DNA from: Klebsormidium nitens
Lineage: Eukaryota; Plantae; Klebsormidiophyceae
Length of the DNA stretch: 64,000 nucleotides
Assembly (NCBI GenBank): GCA_000708835.1
Contig: DF237377.1
Span: 15,190 to 79,189, forward strand
Direction: 5' to 3'
The translations under genes were made by a program, and so were the position numbers. Each line of letters begins with the position of its first letter. Position 1 is the first letter of the stretch. The notes under the pieces were generated by a model, which was not told the DNA's origin, did no database searches, and saw only the letters and a program-made list of their open reading frames with translations. Positions 11,401 to 23,776 of the stretch are shown piece by piece.

Positions 11401-13800
11401 CCAATGAAAACCAATCGTGTCGGTATCAAACATTGGACATGAGTGTTGAGTATGTCATCCTCGAGACCAGACGCTGGAGCTGCGACACTACAGTGAAGCT
11501 CGATCACGAGCACGTGTACGCACCTTTATCGTTGAGCAGATCGACGATTGCTGTGTCCGAGCGGAAATCAGCGTGCCGAACATGCTTTCGGCCGTTTCCG
11601 GAGAATCACTGTACTTGCTTTGAGCTCTTTCCTACTCTTTGCAGGTGATTCTTCCGCACAGGGTTTTTGGCTGTCTCCGGAGGATTATTGTGCTTGCTTT
11701 GAGCCATTTCCAACTCTTTACAGGTAATCGTACCGCACGGCCTGCCGGTCACGGTGGAGAACTTCCGGGCGTGGCGAGACGCGTACGAGGCCGAAATAGC
11801 GCTCGAAAAAGCGAAGTGAGCCCGCCGTCTTGAATCATTATCCGACTCCAATTCTGAACGCCTGCACAATTGGCAGAGTGTTTTGGAAGATCCTTCCCGC
11901 ACCTTCTCCTTATAGCGTTTATCTTCAGTTTCATCTTGCAAGCAGAGTGTTGAAGCTTTTTGTTGATCGCCATCTTGGCATGCGGGTGCGTCGGGACAGC
12001 CCATCTTCTTCGCACAGCTTAGGCATCGACTCCCGAACTTCCTCGGATCGATCAATTGCGAACGTACAGAGTGCTGATCCGAGACCACGGAAGCTTTGGG
12101 GGAAGGGTTAGGCTGGGGAGATTGAAGCACAGGAGGCGGGGACACGGAATGTTACGGGATTTGGCGTTCGCACATCACCCCTTTTTGATATGCTCTTTCT
12201 ATGTTTCTTTGTTAGCTAAACAATGTTCTTTTGCTTTGCAGGTTGCTGACGGACTCTCAACTAGTGGCCCAACGAGAAAAGCGGATGAGCGGGAAGCAGT
12301 GGTTCGAAAGCGGAAAGGGGCAGGTGCGTCTTCTCGAAACCCTTCGTTTCTGCCGCATCGTTCTGACAGAGGATTCAGTCAGTACCGCAGACAAGAAGCG
12401 TTGCGCATTCCGCAGAATTGAGTTCCTGTTTTGGAAGCGTAGATTGGGCGGGAGCTCATGTTCCGGCTCAGAGCTTTTCCGGTGCCTTCGATCGATTTGT
12501 TTGTGCCGATGAGACAGCTGTTCTGTTCGCTTTCGAGTTTCATCTCTGCTGGGGTCGCAGCCCAGCTCTTCGGCGAACAGACGTGACCCGGGATCTATTT
12601 AGAAAGACTCGTCCCAAGAAGTATCTCAGATCTTGTCGGACGCACGATGTAACATCAAGTCTGCTTTTTGTGAGAGTACGTTCAGCTCGCCTCTGGGAGG
12701 CGGGGTAGCACTAACCGGGTGCTGAAACGCGAGCTTGACAGCTCCGCGCCCTGACACACCCTAAAAGCTGCGAACCAACCCACCCCGACCCTGGACATCC
12801 AACAATGTTCCAACGATACGCGTTGCTTCTGTTCGGTATGGCTTTGTGAAGGAACCTCGACCGGTAGAGGTGCGCCCACCTTTCTCCGTTCGGGGAAAGA
12901 GGGGACAAAAGAATATGATTAGGAAAACGAGAGAGGAAAAGAATGGTTACGCTTTGCTTGCAGAGGGCAAAGCTGGACGCGGAAGAGGGCGACGAGGACG
13001 GCGACGACTTCGACTTCGACGACTCGGACGAAGAAGGTGGGCTGTTCTCACTCTACATCTGATTTTAGGGTTTATGGTTTATGGGTTTATGGGTTTAGGG
13101 TCTTAGGGTTGTAGGGTATTAGGTGTCAGCGTTGCAGACTACCTTCTTTTTGAATCTTTTTGAAACGAAGTGAAGTGGTAAATGCTACCCCGTCGAAGCT
13201 TAAGTTCAACAAATTGGGCGGTCGTCTGGGGCTTCCAAGCGTTGCAATCTGCTCAAAGACCAGCAGGTTCGAGGGACAGCTTCTAACGGTATTCCCAGTC
13301 CGCTTTGCTTCTCTATCTCAAGACTAAGGTTTTCCGAAACCTGGCCGCCTGACCCGACTTTCGATCTGGGCCGAGTTCCAGAATTTGAGCCGTTCGATAG
13401 CTGCACCCGGGTCATTGAACGGCCGATCGACTGAGATCGCACTTGAGCTTGGGCGGCAAGTTTTCATAGGAGAGTGGAGCTGGATTTGTCATGCGTCAAG
13501 CACAAAACCCATGGTTTTCAATGCCGAAAAATTGAACCGCTCCACAGCAGTTCAGGGTCAGCGTTCTGCGTTGTTTCCTCCTAACGGAGAGGTTTCCAGG
13601 AAACCAAACATCCGGTTCAAGAATCAATGCATTGCTTCGTGGGCGTGTACGTTTGATTTACCTAGATGCTGCTGAGGATGCAGCGTTGCAAGTTTCAGAG
13701 AGAGCGTAATCTGGAACCTCTTTCTCCTGCAGATATGGACGACGACGAAATGTTTGACCAGATACTAAAGCAAAGGGAAGGAGAGAAGCCCGTAACATGA
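8471..13800 (+). CDS. RWDD1: RWD domain-containing protein 1 / GIR2 (DRG GTPase partner)
   Basis: Eleven phase-consistent exons: 8471-8477, 8843-8908, 9202-9272, 9579-9612, 9958-10027, 10336-10393, 10803-10928, 11724-11815, 12242-12323, 12964-13036, 13733-13800. Motifs MTDYAAEQEMEIEALEAIL, HTPNYPDEPP, ENLGMSMMFTL, VIVPHGLPVTVENFRAWRDAYEAE, MSGKQWFESG and an acidic tail. Confidence 0.95.
13063..13123 (+). repeat. Degenerate telomere-like repeat (TTTTAGGG/TTTAGGG variants, about 8 units) inside an RWDD1 intron
   Basis: ttttaggg tttatgg tttatggg tttatggg tttaggg tcttaggg ttgtaggg tattagg, starting about 25 nt after the donor at 13037. Confidence 0.8.
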
Positions 13801-14804
13801 TGCTGTCCAAGATATACTAAGCTTCTGCACATATGTTCGAACAACCGGTAGCGTGCTTTGCAACGCTGCCGCTTGCGTTGTGGTCTTGGTGCCCTCCATT
13901 TTCTACTGACAAAGCACAGTCATTCGGTAACCTGCACGTGGCCTGAACAGCACCGTTCCACCATGCGCCGATTGACATCACCGGATAGGCGCAGCTACCT
14001 TCTGTATGAGGGTCCAGGTGCTTCCAGCCGTTGGTTGACGACTTTCCAAAGGCTCAGTCAGCAAGCATTGTGGCAGCTTGCCGGCTGGTGCAGTGTGTCA
14101 AAGTAACTGACTCGCACAATCAACTTGCTTGGAGTTGGCCGTATGTACGTCTCAAACTTATGATTATGAGACCATGTAGATGTTGACCAGCCCATGGTGC
14201 GCGCACGAGATATTTCAATCATGGCGGCAAATCTATTTGCTCGAAAGTGTATATACTAGTATATAGAGGCCTAAAATGGTCTCGCAGTACAATCGTAGAC
14301 AGTAGCATCATGCTTCAGCCGGTCATGGTGCGACGTACCTGGATCACAAGGAGATTTAGCTATAAAACCGCTTTGTACGTTCGGATGCGCAAGCGGGCCT
14401 GCGCGGCATACAGTTGACTACACGATTAATGTGGTCACAAGTGCCCAATTCTACCCGCCCATGCCGCCCGTGCATGTTGTATACGAAGTACCGGTGCTAT
14501 AAAGCTGACTCGATTCTCGCAGGGACATTCAATGTCCAGGGACAATCAACATGATTCCTCTTGCTTGCTGCAACTCTACCTTATATAAGATCTGCACTTG
14601 CAAAACTTCCTTGCAATCTTGACTCGACCTGTTTGGCTTGCGAGCTATCTGATTTCCGTCTTGATCCAATTTACAAGTTCAGCCTCAGATAACTGAGAGT
14701 TTGATATGTACACTCCCCAATTTGATATGTACACTCCCTAATGATTCGCGATTGAGTAAACCTCCCATAACCGAAGCATGGACTCCACAATCGTGGGAAC
14801 GCTA

Positions 14805-16028
14805 CTAGAGCCAAGTCCCATTCGACCGAGCGTCGCTGGAATTTTCCGGTTTGCTTCCGACGTCTTCCATCTCACACTCTAACAGTTGCGTCGCTAATCT
14901 GATGTCCTCCTCGAGCTGCTTGATCTTCTGTTCGAGCTCCCTGATGACGACCTTGTTCTCAGACACTGCCGTCGTATACTCTTCATCTGCAACCGTGAAA
15001 CAAAAACTCATCTTGTGCTTGCTATGTGGACGTCCACTTGCTAAACTCGCCACTTCAAGCTTGCAGGAACGGACCGCGAAAGACACATTGCTCGAGATCT
15101 ACAGTAATCAGCTCTTGTTCGACGAAGTTGGCGTCGATTTTGTACAGGATTGTCTTCTTGTTAACCCAAAGATACGAGAACCCGGCACCCGGTGTCATAC
15201 TACGAACCGGTCGATGAATAGTAGATGTGAGGAAAGGGGTCTCTTACCAGGTCCAGATTCTCGAAGCGCCTCTTCGAGCTGGACATTTGAATCCTGCATG
15301 TTAAGTAAGAACTCTGGCGTCAGAATAATCCTGACTTTTCAAGTGCAGGTTCCATAGTATTGCCTGCAAAAAGACGGGCGTCGTCACCATCAAGGTTGAC
15401 AATTAGACCGGGCGCGGGCGTTGATGACACGGATTCAGGTTGTAAGAGGTTCTGCTTTATCTATCGGGGTGATCTCCAGGTGAACCGAAGCAAATCCTGT
15501 TCAAGTCCCTGTAGTATACAAGGCCTTGAACTAGGATGAGAGACACACGCGCTGACAAACGGATCTCATACCCAGCCAGCAGACACACCCGGCGCTCAGT
15601 AAGTTGAGCCCTCAACCACTTGTATTACGTGTTGACCCCTTCTGCAAATTTCATCAGCTGCCTAGAGTCGCAACACATTGGCTGACAGACACTCGCTTAC
15701 ACAATCTGGTCAGGCGAGAAAGTCACAAAGCCCCTGACGGACTAGAAACCAAATACAAAATCCCTTAGTTCTGAGGCAGGCTCACCATATGTTCCACCTT
15801 GAAGAACCGAGATCGAGGACAAGCTTGATTGGCAAGCCATCCTCGATGATTGCCTGTGGTTACCTTTGAGATAGCATCAAAGGCCCCCTGGAATGAAATT
15901 AGAAAGCTTACCTTCAAATGCACGACGGCGTTCTCTAGCCGGCACTTTTCCTGCTTCAGGATCTCTAATGGCGCGTCCGTTTGATCCCCATCTGCCAACA
16001 CCCGCTGCTGGCCTATTGCGCTTTCCAT
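14805..16028 (-). CDS. Small uncharacterised coiled-coil protein (about 114 aa)
   Basis: Exons 15912-16028, 15248-15293 and 14805-14986 join in phase: MESAIG...EKCRLENAVVHLK/DSNVQLEEALRESGP/DEEYTTAVSENKVVIRELEQKIKQLEEDI...NGTWL*. It resembles a widespread eukaryotic hypothetical family (LENS..HL..SN..L...AI.EN..VI, C-terminal G.YL/WL). Confidence 0.8.
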
Positions 16029-17118
16029 GCTCCGTAGCTGCAAAATGATAATGATTGAATTGTAGATAGAGTTGTCACTGTACACTGCCGTAAGTGGTGA
16101 TAATTCCGGCCAAGCGTCCAACAGAAACAAGCCAATGTACTCTTTGATTCCTGCCATTGTGCCACACAATTTCTCAATGGTCAATGTTGCCACGACCACC
16201 GAGCAAACAGTTTGGAAAAAGTCCAGAACATCGAGCAGATACAAAAGAAAGGACTCACGCATAGTGCTCCTCCCCAGCGCGCAGGTTCAGCATTGCAAGG
16301 AGCAACTTGAGTAGAGAGTGAAAGAGAAAGTATTGAAAGTGACGCTGTGATGGTTCCTCGTACCACCAGAAAGTTCTCAATGAGTGCAGGAGCCTCACCT
16401 GTTTAAAGTGGAATTTCGTTTTGAGCCTGATGAGGCAATTTCCAACCAGGTGTCAACTGTTGAGTCTGCTTGGGCCACCAAGTCCTGCTTTCTAGCGCAA
16501 AGGCTTCCCCCTCGAGGAGTCAGAGAAGAAATAGTTGCGTGAGATCTGGAAGAATGTGTAGAACTGAGTTAACATAAGGGAGAAGCTTGATTGCTGTAAA
16601 TGAACCTTAGTCGAGGGAACAAGAACAAGTTGGACAACAGTAAGCACAGAAAGGCGCCCTTCCTTGCCCCTTCCTTGCTCAGTACAGACTACAGTTGCTG
16701 TCTTCATTTTATCAAAATCAGGGTCAACCAGAGTTAACACCCTTGACCCGGTAGTGGGTTAAGTGCCCTCCTCATTGCTTCAAGTTCAAAGTTGAAGAGA
16801 TCAGGCAGATGCCAATGGCGGATTATCAAAACGGGCGCTTATTCAGCACGATTCAATGGTACGAGTGCTGGGCGGCCGTTGCAAGAGCTTGGACGACTGC
16901 TGACGACAGGTCTCCTGACTTGGCTCCGTGAACGTCTCGCTCCCAATGTCTGGGGCCTTCCTGGCGTGATCACGGGCCTCCAGGACTCACGCGTTGTTTG
17001 ATGCCCTCCTTTGGAGGATAGATAGGGTGTTACATGCTGTTCTTCTTGATCACAGGGCAGCTGATTTCCTGTTTGTGGAATCTGACTCAGCTTTGGTGCC
17101 CCCAGTACAGCGGAAAGT

Positions 17119-20100
17119 ATGGCCGGGGGGATGACTGGGGGTGGGGATGCTGGGGGGGGTCCTAGGAGCAAGGGGCCGGCTCCAGTGTATGTCCGCCAGG
17201 TTCCAAAGTTCCTGCAAGTGAGTGCCAAAAAGTCTTTATCTTTGAAAAAACAACCTCTGGAGAGCCGGAGAAGGAACCTCGGTTGCTGGTTCAGCTGGCA
17301 ATGTCATTGCAATGAATCTTTACAGCAGCTCGGGGCGGTTTCCTGCAAGGGTTTACTTGGCCTGTGTAGGAGTGGCTTCGAGTTGGGTGGCAATAAGGTT
17401 GAAGTCCCGTTTATAGTTCCGAATGGCTTTCCGAGTTGAACTCAGAAGCCTGGCTCCAGGGTTCGTTGAGTGGTTGATAAACATAAATAGGTGGTGGTAG
17501 ATTAAGGGCGCAACTTTCACGACGCTCACTACAATAGAGAATGTGGCAAATTATGTGGGGCTTCATGCCCCCGTCTAGGGAACTGCCTGATTTGGAAGTT
17601 TGCTCGTTTGCCCAACTTCTCGACCAAAGAGGATAAAAGCAACGCACACAAGCTTCTTCGACGGGTCCTTTGGCTCTGGCACAGGGGCTCTAGCCCAACG
17701 CATCAGAAGAGACTGGTTGCTCTGACATCTCTGAGATGAGCGGACTGTGCGTTGTCTGCAGGCATACAGCCACCTGATACAAAAGGACAGCTTCAAGGAT
17801 GAGGCCAAACAGGCCTGGGAAGGTGCGCCTTCTTCTTCTCTGGAAACATCCTGTTATCCAACAGATGTCAGTCGATGTTGATGCTTTCGTGTGACAAATG
17901 GTGCCACCCGCACTTTCAGAACTCCGTAGCTTGGAGTCCAATATGTCTATTGAACTGCCGTTCCGGGACCCGCAAGTCTTGCATCTTTGTCCCATCCCAG
18001 CCACAGTTTTGCGGACACATTGTCCCCCTATGTAGACAAGGGCTGCCTAAGACAAAGACGATCCCCGCCAGTGAAACACCCGAGATCTCGACGAAGGCGC
18101 TTAGATGATCAGAACGTAACATTCAGGGTTTAGCCCGTAACTAAATATTAAGGAAGGCAGCCAAACTCAAGTGGAAGTGTGATCTTTTCTTTCGAAGTGA
18201 GCACTTTGTTGCTTCCACTATATGTTAATTAGGAGCACCCACGATTCCGGGGCAAGTGTTGTTCCACCAAATTCCGCCCAGTAACATCAGGGGAAGAAGA
18301 TGTCATCAGTTTCTGCGGTGTGGCCTGGCTGCGTCGCAATCACCCCGCACCTCCAGAAGCCTTTCGTGTATCTGTCTGGCTCCGTGTCGCAGATTACGCT
18401 GTGCAGAACAAGGCCGGAAAAGCATTTGGCCAAGCGGAGGACGACGACGATGACTGGCCTGACGAGGTGAGCGTCATTGAGCTGCATTGAAACTTATTCG
18501 TTACCAACTCAAGAAAAATAAGGTTAAGCTAAGATAATGACAAGGTAACCCCACTGGAACGGGTAGGGTTAGTGTGGGGGTTAAGGTGGGTTGCGTGTGA
18601 AGCAGGTTATGTTTTGGGTTAAGAATTGTCAGTTTGAGTCGGAGCTTATAGCTATCTTGGGCTTACAAATATCTTTCTTAACTTCATCTTTTCTTTGGCG
18701 TGCTCGCTTTCGGCATGCTTTTGTTTCTTTTCTTCTCATTCGCTTTCGAGAGAGAGTCAACAATGCTTATGAGAGCTCGTTGGTTGATATTCCTGCAAAG
18801 CCGTTGTTCTATAAAGGACGTTGCCGGTTCCAATTATCAGTCGCATTTGATGGCAAAACGACATTAGCTGGTCAGCCCGTGTGACCCGGGATCTTAGGAT
18901 CAGTGTGACTTCGATCTTGGGAAGCTCTGCGGTTTGACAGACGACAGAACGAAAGCGCCGCGAAGAGGCTTGTAATCCCAAGTTCTTTCAACGCTTGCCA
19001 ACTGAGCCGAACATCGTCAAGCGTCCAGCCAGTCGACGAACTGTGTTGCTACAATCTCAAACATATCAGAGGATCGGCCCTAATCCGGAAGTTTGCAATT
19101 CGAGACGGGCAGAGCAAAACCCTTCTTTCGGACCTCCAGATTCAGTCGGTAGCTTGACACACGGTGTCCGGAATAGCGTCCGAACAATCCGGAAGTGGAA
19201 CTGGTGAAAATGTTTGTGGCTCGGTAGACTGCTTTATCACGTCCGACACAATATTCTGTATTTGCCTGTCCGGAATTGAGCAGTTCCGGAATCAGGGCCA
19301 ATACACTTTCTTCCTTTTAGACATGTGCGTTACACAGACACGTAAACTCTCTGGCCAGGAACACACAGATCTTACGCAGTCCGCTCTCCGTCAGTGCAGC
19401 TGGAAGGCGCCACGGTCGTCAGCGGAGCGGAAGCTTTTGGCAAGGGGAAAGAGGGCCAGGAGCATGGTGACGTCATCCCCCCCACCAAGGAGGAAAAGGA
19501 GGTCCGTCTCCACAAACATCTGGCATTTCCCTCTCTTTCGAAGACACCTTAAGCTACTAGCCTCGTGTGACCTTATCTGACCGGCCATTGCTTTCCTTTC
19601 CTACTCTGTTTCCATTTTTGAATGGTTCGGATTCAATCGGACGCGCCGAATTCGTGCTCAGCCTTGACCTTGCCTTGCTTTCCTTCTTTTTGGGGCACGT
19701 TCCCACCTTGTTTTTGAGGTAGGGCGGATGCTCTTTGCCTCGCAAACAAGAGGCGCTTTCCCTTTGGCGCTTTGGCGCTTTGCAGAGAGTACAATCACTC
19801 CTCACCCGTGCCTGTTCCGCTGCCGATCCGCTTTTGTTGCGCTCTCAATCTGCTGCAAATTGCCTGTCGTCCGATATCGACTTGCTGCATTGACAAGACC
19901 TTCTTCCTGAAATTCGCTGTGCGTCCGGCCAACTATCCGCTGGACTTCCGCATCATTCCGCTGGTGATCCGCTCTCGATCCGCTGCGAGCAATTCTTACC
20001 GTCCCCTTTTCTTCCAGGCAGCTAAGAGCAAGGAGAAGGGCAACGCCGCGTTCGAAAAGGGCCGCTTCGACGAAGCGATCCAGCATTTTAACCGGGCCAT

Positions 20101-23100
20101 CTTCCTGACGCCAAAGTGAGCTGCCTGAGCATGGTCGCGCATCCTTCGGATGCTGCTTTTGTTTTCGCTCCGCTGTGCCCCTAGTCATCGCTCAAAGTTC
20201 GTAATTAGTCGGTTAATGTCACGTGGTGATGGCGTCTTCTCTGTGCTCCTATGTTTCAAAGCCCAAAATCTGTCAGGGGCCTAAGACGTGGCGAACGCTT
20301 CCTTACCCGACACGTGAAATGCTTCAACGGCCAAGATTGCTTGCCAGCTAGTGTATTCAACGGAATTTGGACTTGAGTTTTCAAGTACGGAAGTGGCACA
20401 GCGTCGATTGGTTCCTGGTCTGGATAGCAGGATTATCCGCGAAGTCGCTTACGTGCAATCGAAGGTAACAACTAGAGTCCTCAGGAATCCAACTATCAAA
20501 AATCAAAAGTCGCAAAAACTCCGTCATTTTGGGTCCTCCAACCGCTCTCTTGCGCAGTCTCACGTAGCCAACGCGAACATAGTCCCCCAGACAGCTTTCG
20601 CTTAATCGGATGGCTGCGCGCTATCTTCTTGCTCAATTCGACATGCACCTCAGGCCCCTGCTTCGTCCCTTGCAGCAACCACGTTTTGTACAGCAACCGG
20701 TCGGCGTGCTTCCTCGGAAAAAAGGAGTACAAGTCCGCCCTGGAGGATGCGCAAAAGGTGGGTGCATCGGGTTCAGCACTTCAAACTTTATCGCTTGAGT
20801 CGTACACACTCAACGACTTGTCTGCCGTCACCCCGGGCAGCTTTTTCTCCCCGTACCTCTTCATCTGAGCCCGGCACAGCTAGTTCGATGAAGGTGGTGA
20901 CTTTGTTTCCGACCGAAGTAAGTCGAAGCCAAGAGAATCAAAGGTTGGGAGTCTGGAATGAAAGCTGGTGCCTTTGCCGGACTACGGTTGAACAGCCGTT
21001 TACGACATTGTACACGTTCCGGGTGCCTTAATCTGTTTCCGGGGCTTAGCAACTGGCGCCGGATAGATCCGGAGAACCCTTAGCCAGAGATCAAAACAAT
21101 GCGCTGAAAACATGAGATCTGTTGGGTGACAGGAGGGGACAGCGTCATTGCCGAGCTATCGGCCTTGACCGTCAGACGACCGCTTCATTGGCACCTTTAG
21201 CTGTCTTCTTTTATCTTCATTGACGAACCTCGAAAGCCCAGAATTGTTGAGAAGGAACGGCCCAGCGTCGATTGTGCGGAGCAACTAGCACGAGAAGTCT
21301 ATTTGCGTTAAACGCCGTTCAGGTACCGGTCTTCGGTGCTTGGGTTCAAGATTCAACCCGTCCTTTAGTTCAGCGGTCTTTTTCGAATGGTCTCGAGGAA
21401 CACTGCTGGCGCTCACGCTGTGGAACGCGGTTGCAGGTGGTCTCTCTCAAGCCCGACTGGCCAAAGGGTTACTCACGAGTGGGCGCCGCGCAAGTTGGGT
21501 TGAAGCAGTACTTTGAGGTAAGCTCTTGGCGACCATGCGCTGCTAAACTCGCTACTCTGGAAAGGCGAATTTTGGCCCCCGTCAGATCTGCTTTTTCAGT
21601 GCAAGTCGCTGGAATGTTTTGCGTTCTGCAAGTCGCTGTATTGAGGTGGACAAATGGAGCGACCGCTACTAAGGTGAAGGGTCAATTTGATAAGCGTTAA
21701 GGGCTCCTGTGGATCGATTGTTTCAAAGAATCGTCGGATTGATGTGTCCATTCCGGGGGCTCTGCATTCTTGAAGGTTGAGGAACTAGACCGATGGTAAC
21801 CGCCTCATTTGTACGCCTTACGGCTGTCATTCTTTGATCGTTCATCTCCTTCCAAACAAGCTGCCGTTGCCAGGCGTCCGTAGCCCTCTCGTTTGCCTCA
21901 CTTTGAAACCGAAGTTGGAAGTTTTCGCTGTAACCAGTGTTTTAAGCATCTGACGCCTCCCTTTGACCGCAGGCCATCGACACATACAAGGCGGGCCTCA
22001 AGGGTGCCCCAAAAGACGAAGCCCTCCGGGAAAGTCTGAAACACGTGAGAGCTTCTCTGCGGTCTTAGGGTGTTGATGGCTGGACGTTACAGTTCAGGCC
22101 TTTGAACTGGATCCGGACGTGCGAGTCTGTGCGATCTCGCGGTTTCGGAAGAGAGGATTTTCAGTCCAACTTTTGAAGCGGTCTGTGTTGATGGATCACG
22201 CACTCGAAGGTCCGGCGCTGTCTTTAGGGAGCTGACACAGAGAAAAGTCTAGGGACAGCTCAAGGATTTGATGAGCTCCGTGCGAGGCTGGGATCGAGCG
22301 AGGCCGTGTAACAGATGTCGTGCATGGGTCTTGTGTAAAATACTAGACGGAACATGCAGTTCAGCCAGAAAGCCAGTGCACTTGGTTGCTTTGCTACGTT
22401 ACGGTCCCGTCGACGACTCAAGCTCTGTGAATCGAGTTTAGTGCATGCTCCAAATACGATTTAAAGAGACTCAACACCTAGTCTAGTGACAACATCCGGA
22501 TTTCAAGACTTCCTCTACCTCAATCGCGAAACGACGCAAGTCTGCGAACCTACTCGATCCGGGTTACGCCTGGGTTAAGCGCTTAATCCTTGCTAACCAT
22601 GGGCCGCTGTCAGGCGGAGGCCCTGTTAATGAAACAAGACGACACGGATGCGAAGGCTGATTCTTGGTTCCAAAAGTGGGTCTACGTTTGATATCTTGCC
22701 AACTTACCGTAAGCCGCTTGCAGGCGGAGGCCCTGCTGAAAGAACAGGACGAAGCGGATGCGAAGGCCGGAAAGGTGGTGTTCCGGAAACGGAAAGAGGC
22801 GCCCGAGGGCGGAACTGAGAAAGCGGGAGCGGTAGCGACGGCGAAGGTGCGTTCTCACCGCATGATCGCGCAGAAAGTTGATCAAATTGCCTCTTTACTT
22901 TCAAATTTCTGACAGTCTTCGTTTTCTTTGAGCGGCACTCTGTTCCGTGTTCTGAGGGGCGCGATCAAAGGCGTATTAAGACCGTTGTGTAGAACATGGG
23001 TGCCGATGGTTACAGTCACCAAAACTCCGCGGCCAAGCGTTGCGTTTACGTCTGAGATGCGTTTCATCTACGTGGATTTTCCAAATAGAAGTTGTCGAAC

Positions 23101-23776
23101 AGCTGCACGGAGGTTCGGAAGTCACACCGCGCATGTTGCTTGTCGAAGCCGAGTGGTGTCGAGTGGAAGGGGCAGTACCCACTGAACGTACCCACTGAGG
23201 GCGAAGTGACCATCTCAGCATCAACATGCACAGAGGGAAGCGTGCAGACTCAGGAGGTCGTTCCGTTGAGTATGGATTCTCTTTGTTATGCGTTCTTTCG
23301 GGTACACACCCTGTTGGGAATGGAAGTGCGCTTTTTGGGGCGCCGCAGAACAACTTGGGAACAGCTTATGAGCCGTGTAAGTTTCTTGATCTATGAAGCT
23401 GAAAAGGCTTCCCAATAGCGTCATCATCCAGCGGTTCACGAGAAGTCTTCCTTCACGACGCTCGTCGACGTATGTCCCAGGTTTCATTGCTGACTGTGAT
23501 GTTCTGGTAGATACGACTACGAGCGACAATGGCGGTCCAAGTCCGCTGAATCCATTGGAGCCATGAATCGACTCCGGCATTCTTCTGGGTACAACGCCCT
23601 GCTTGCGCGTTGCAACACGCACTGTGACACGTTCACTTTTGGCTGCATTCGGGCACAGGAGATTTGCATCCTTTTCCTGACTAACAGCCCGTTGTTTTCC
23701 GCAGAGAAAACACAAGCCGAAGGCTGGAGCGGTGAGCTTGTTGTCATTCGACAGAGAAGCGGACGACGACGGGTGA
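17119..23776 (+). CDS. KIAA1143/DUF4604-like protein with an inserted HOP/STI1-type three-TPR domain
   Basis: Ten phase-consistent exons: 17119-17217, 17762-17822, 18393-18466, 19400-19501, 20018-20115, 20676-20757, 21437-21517, 21973-22044, 22724-22846, 23705-23776. TPR motifs KEKGNAAF, NHVLYSNRSA and KPDWPKGYSRVG are flanked by YVRQVPKFLQ, GKVVFRKRK and SLLSFD. Confidence 0.85.
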
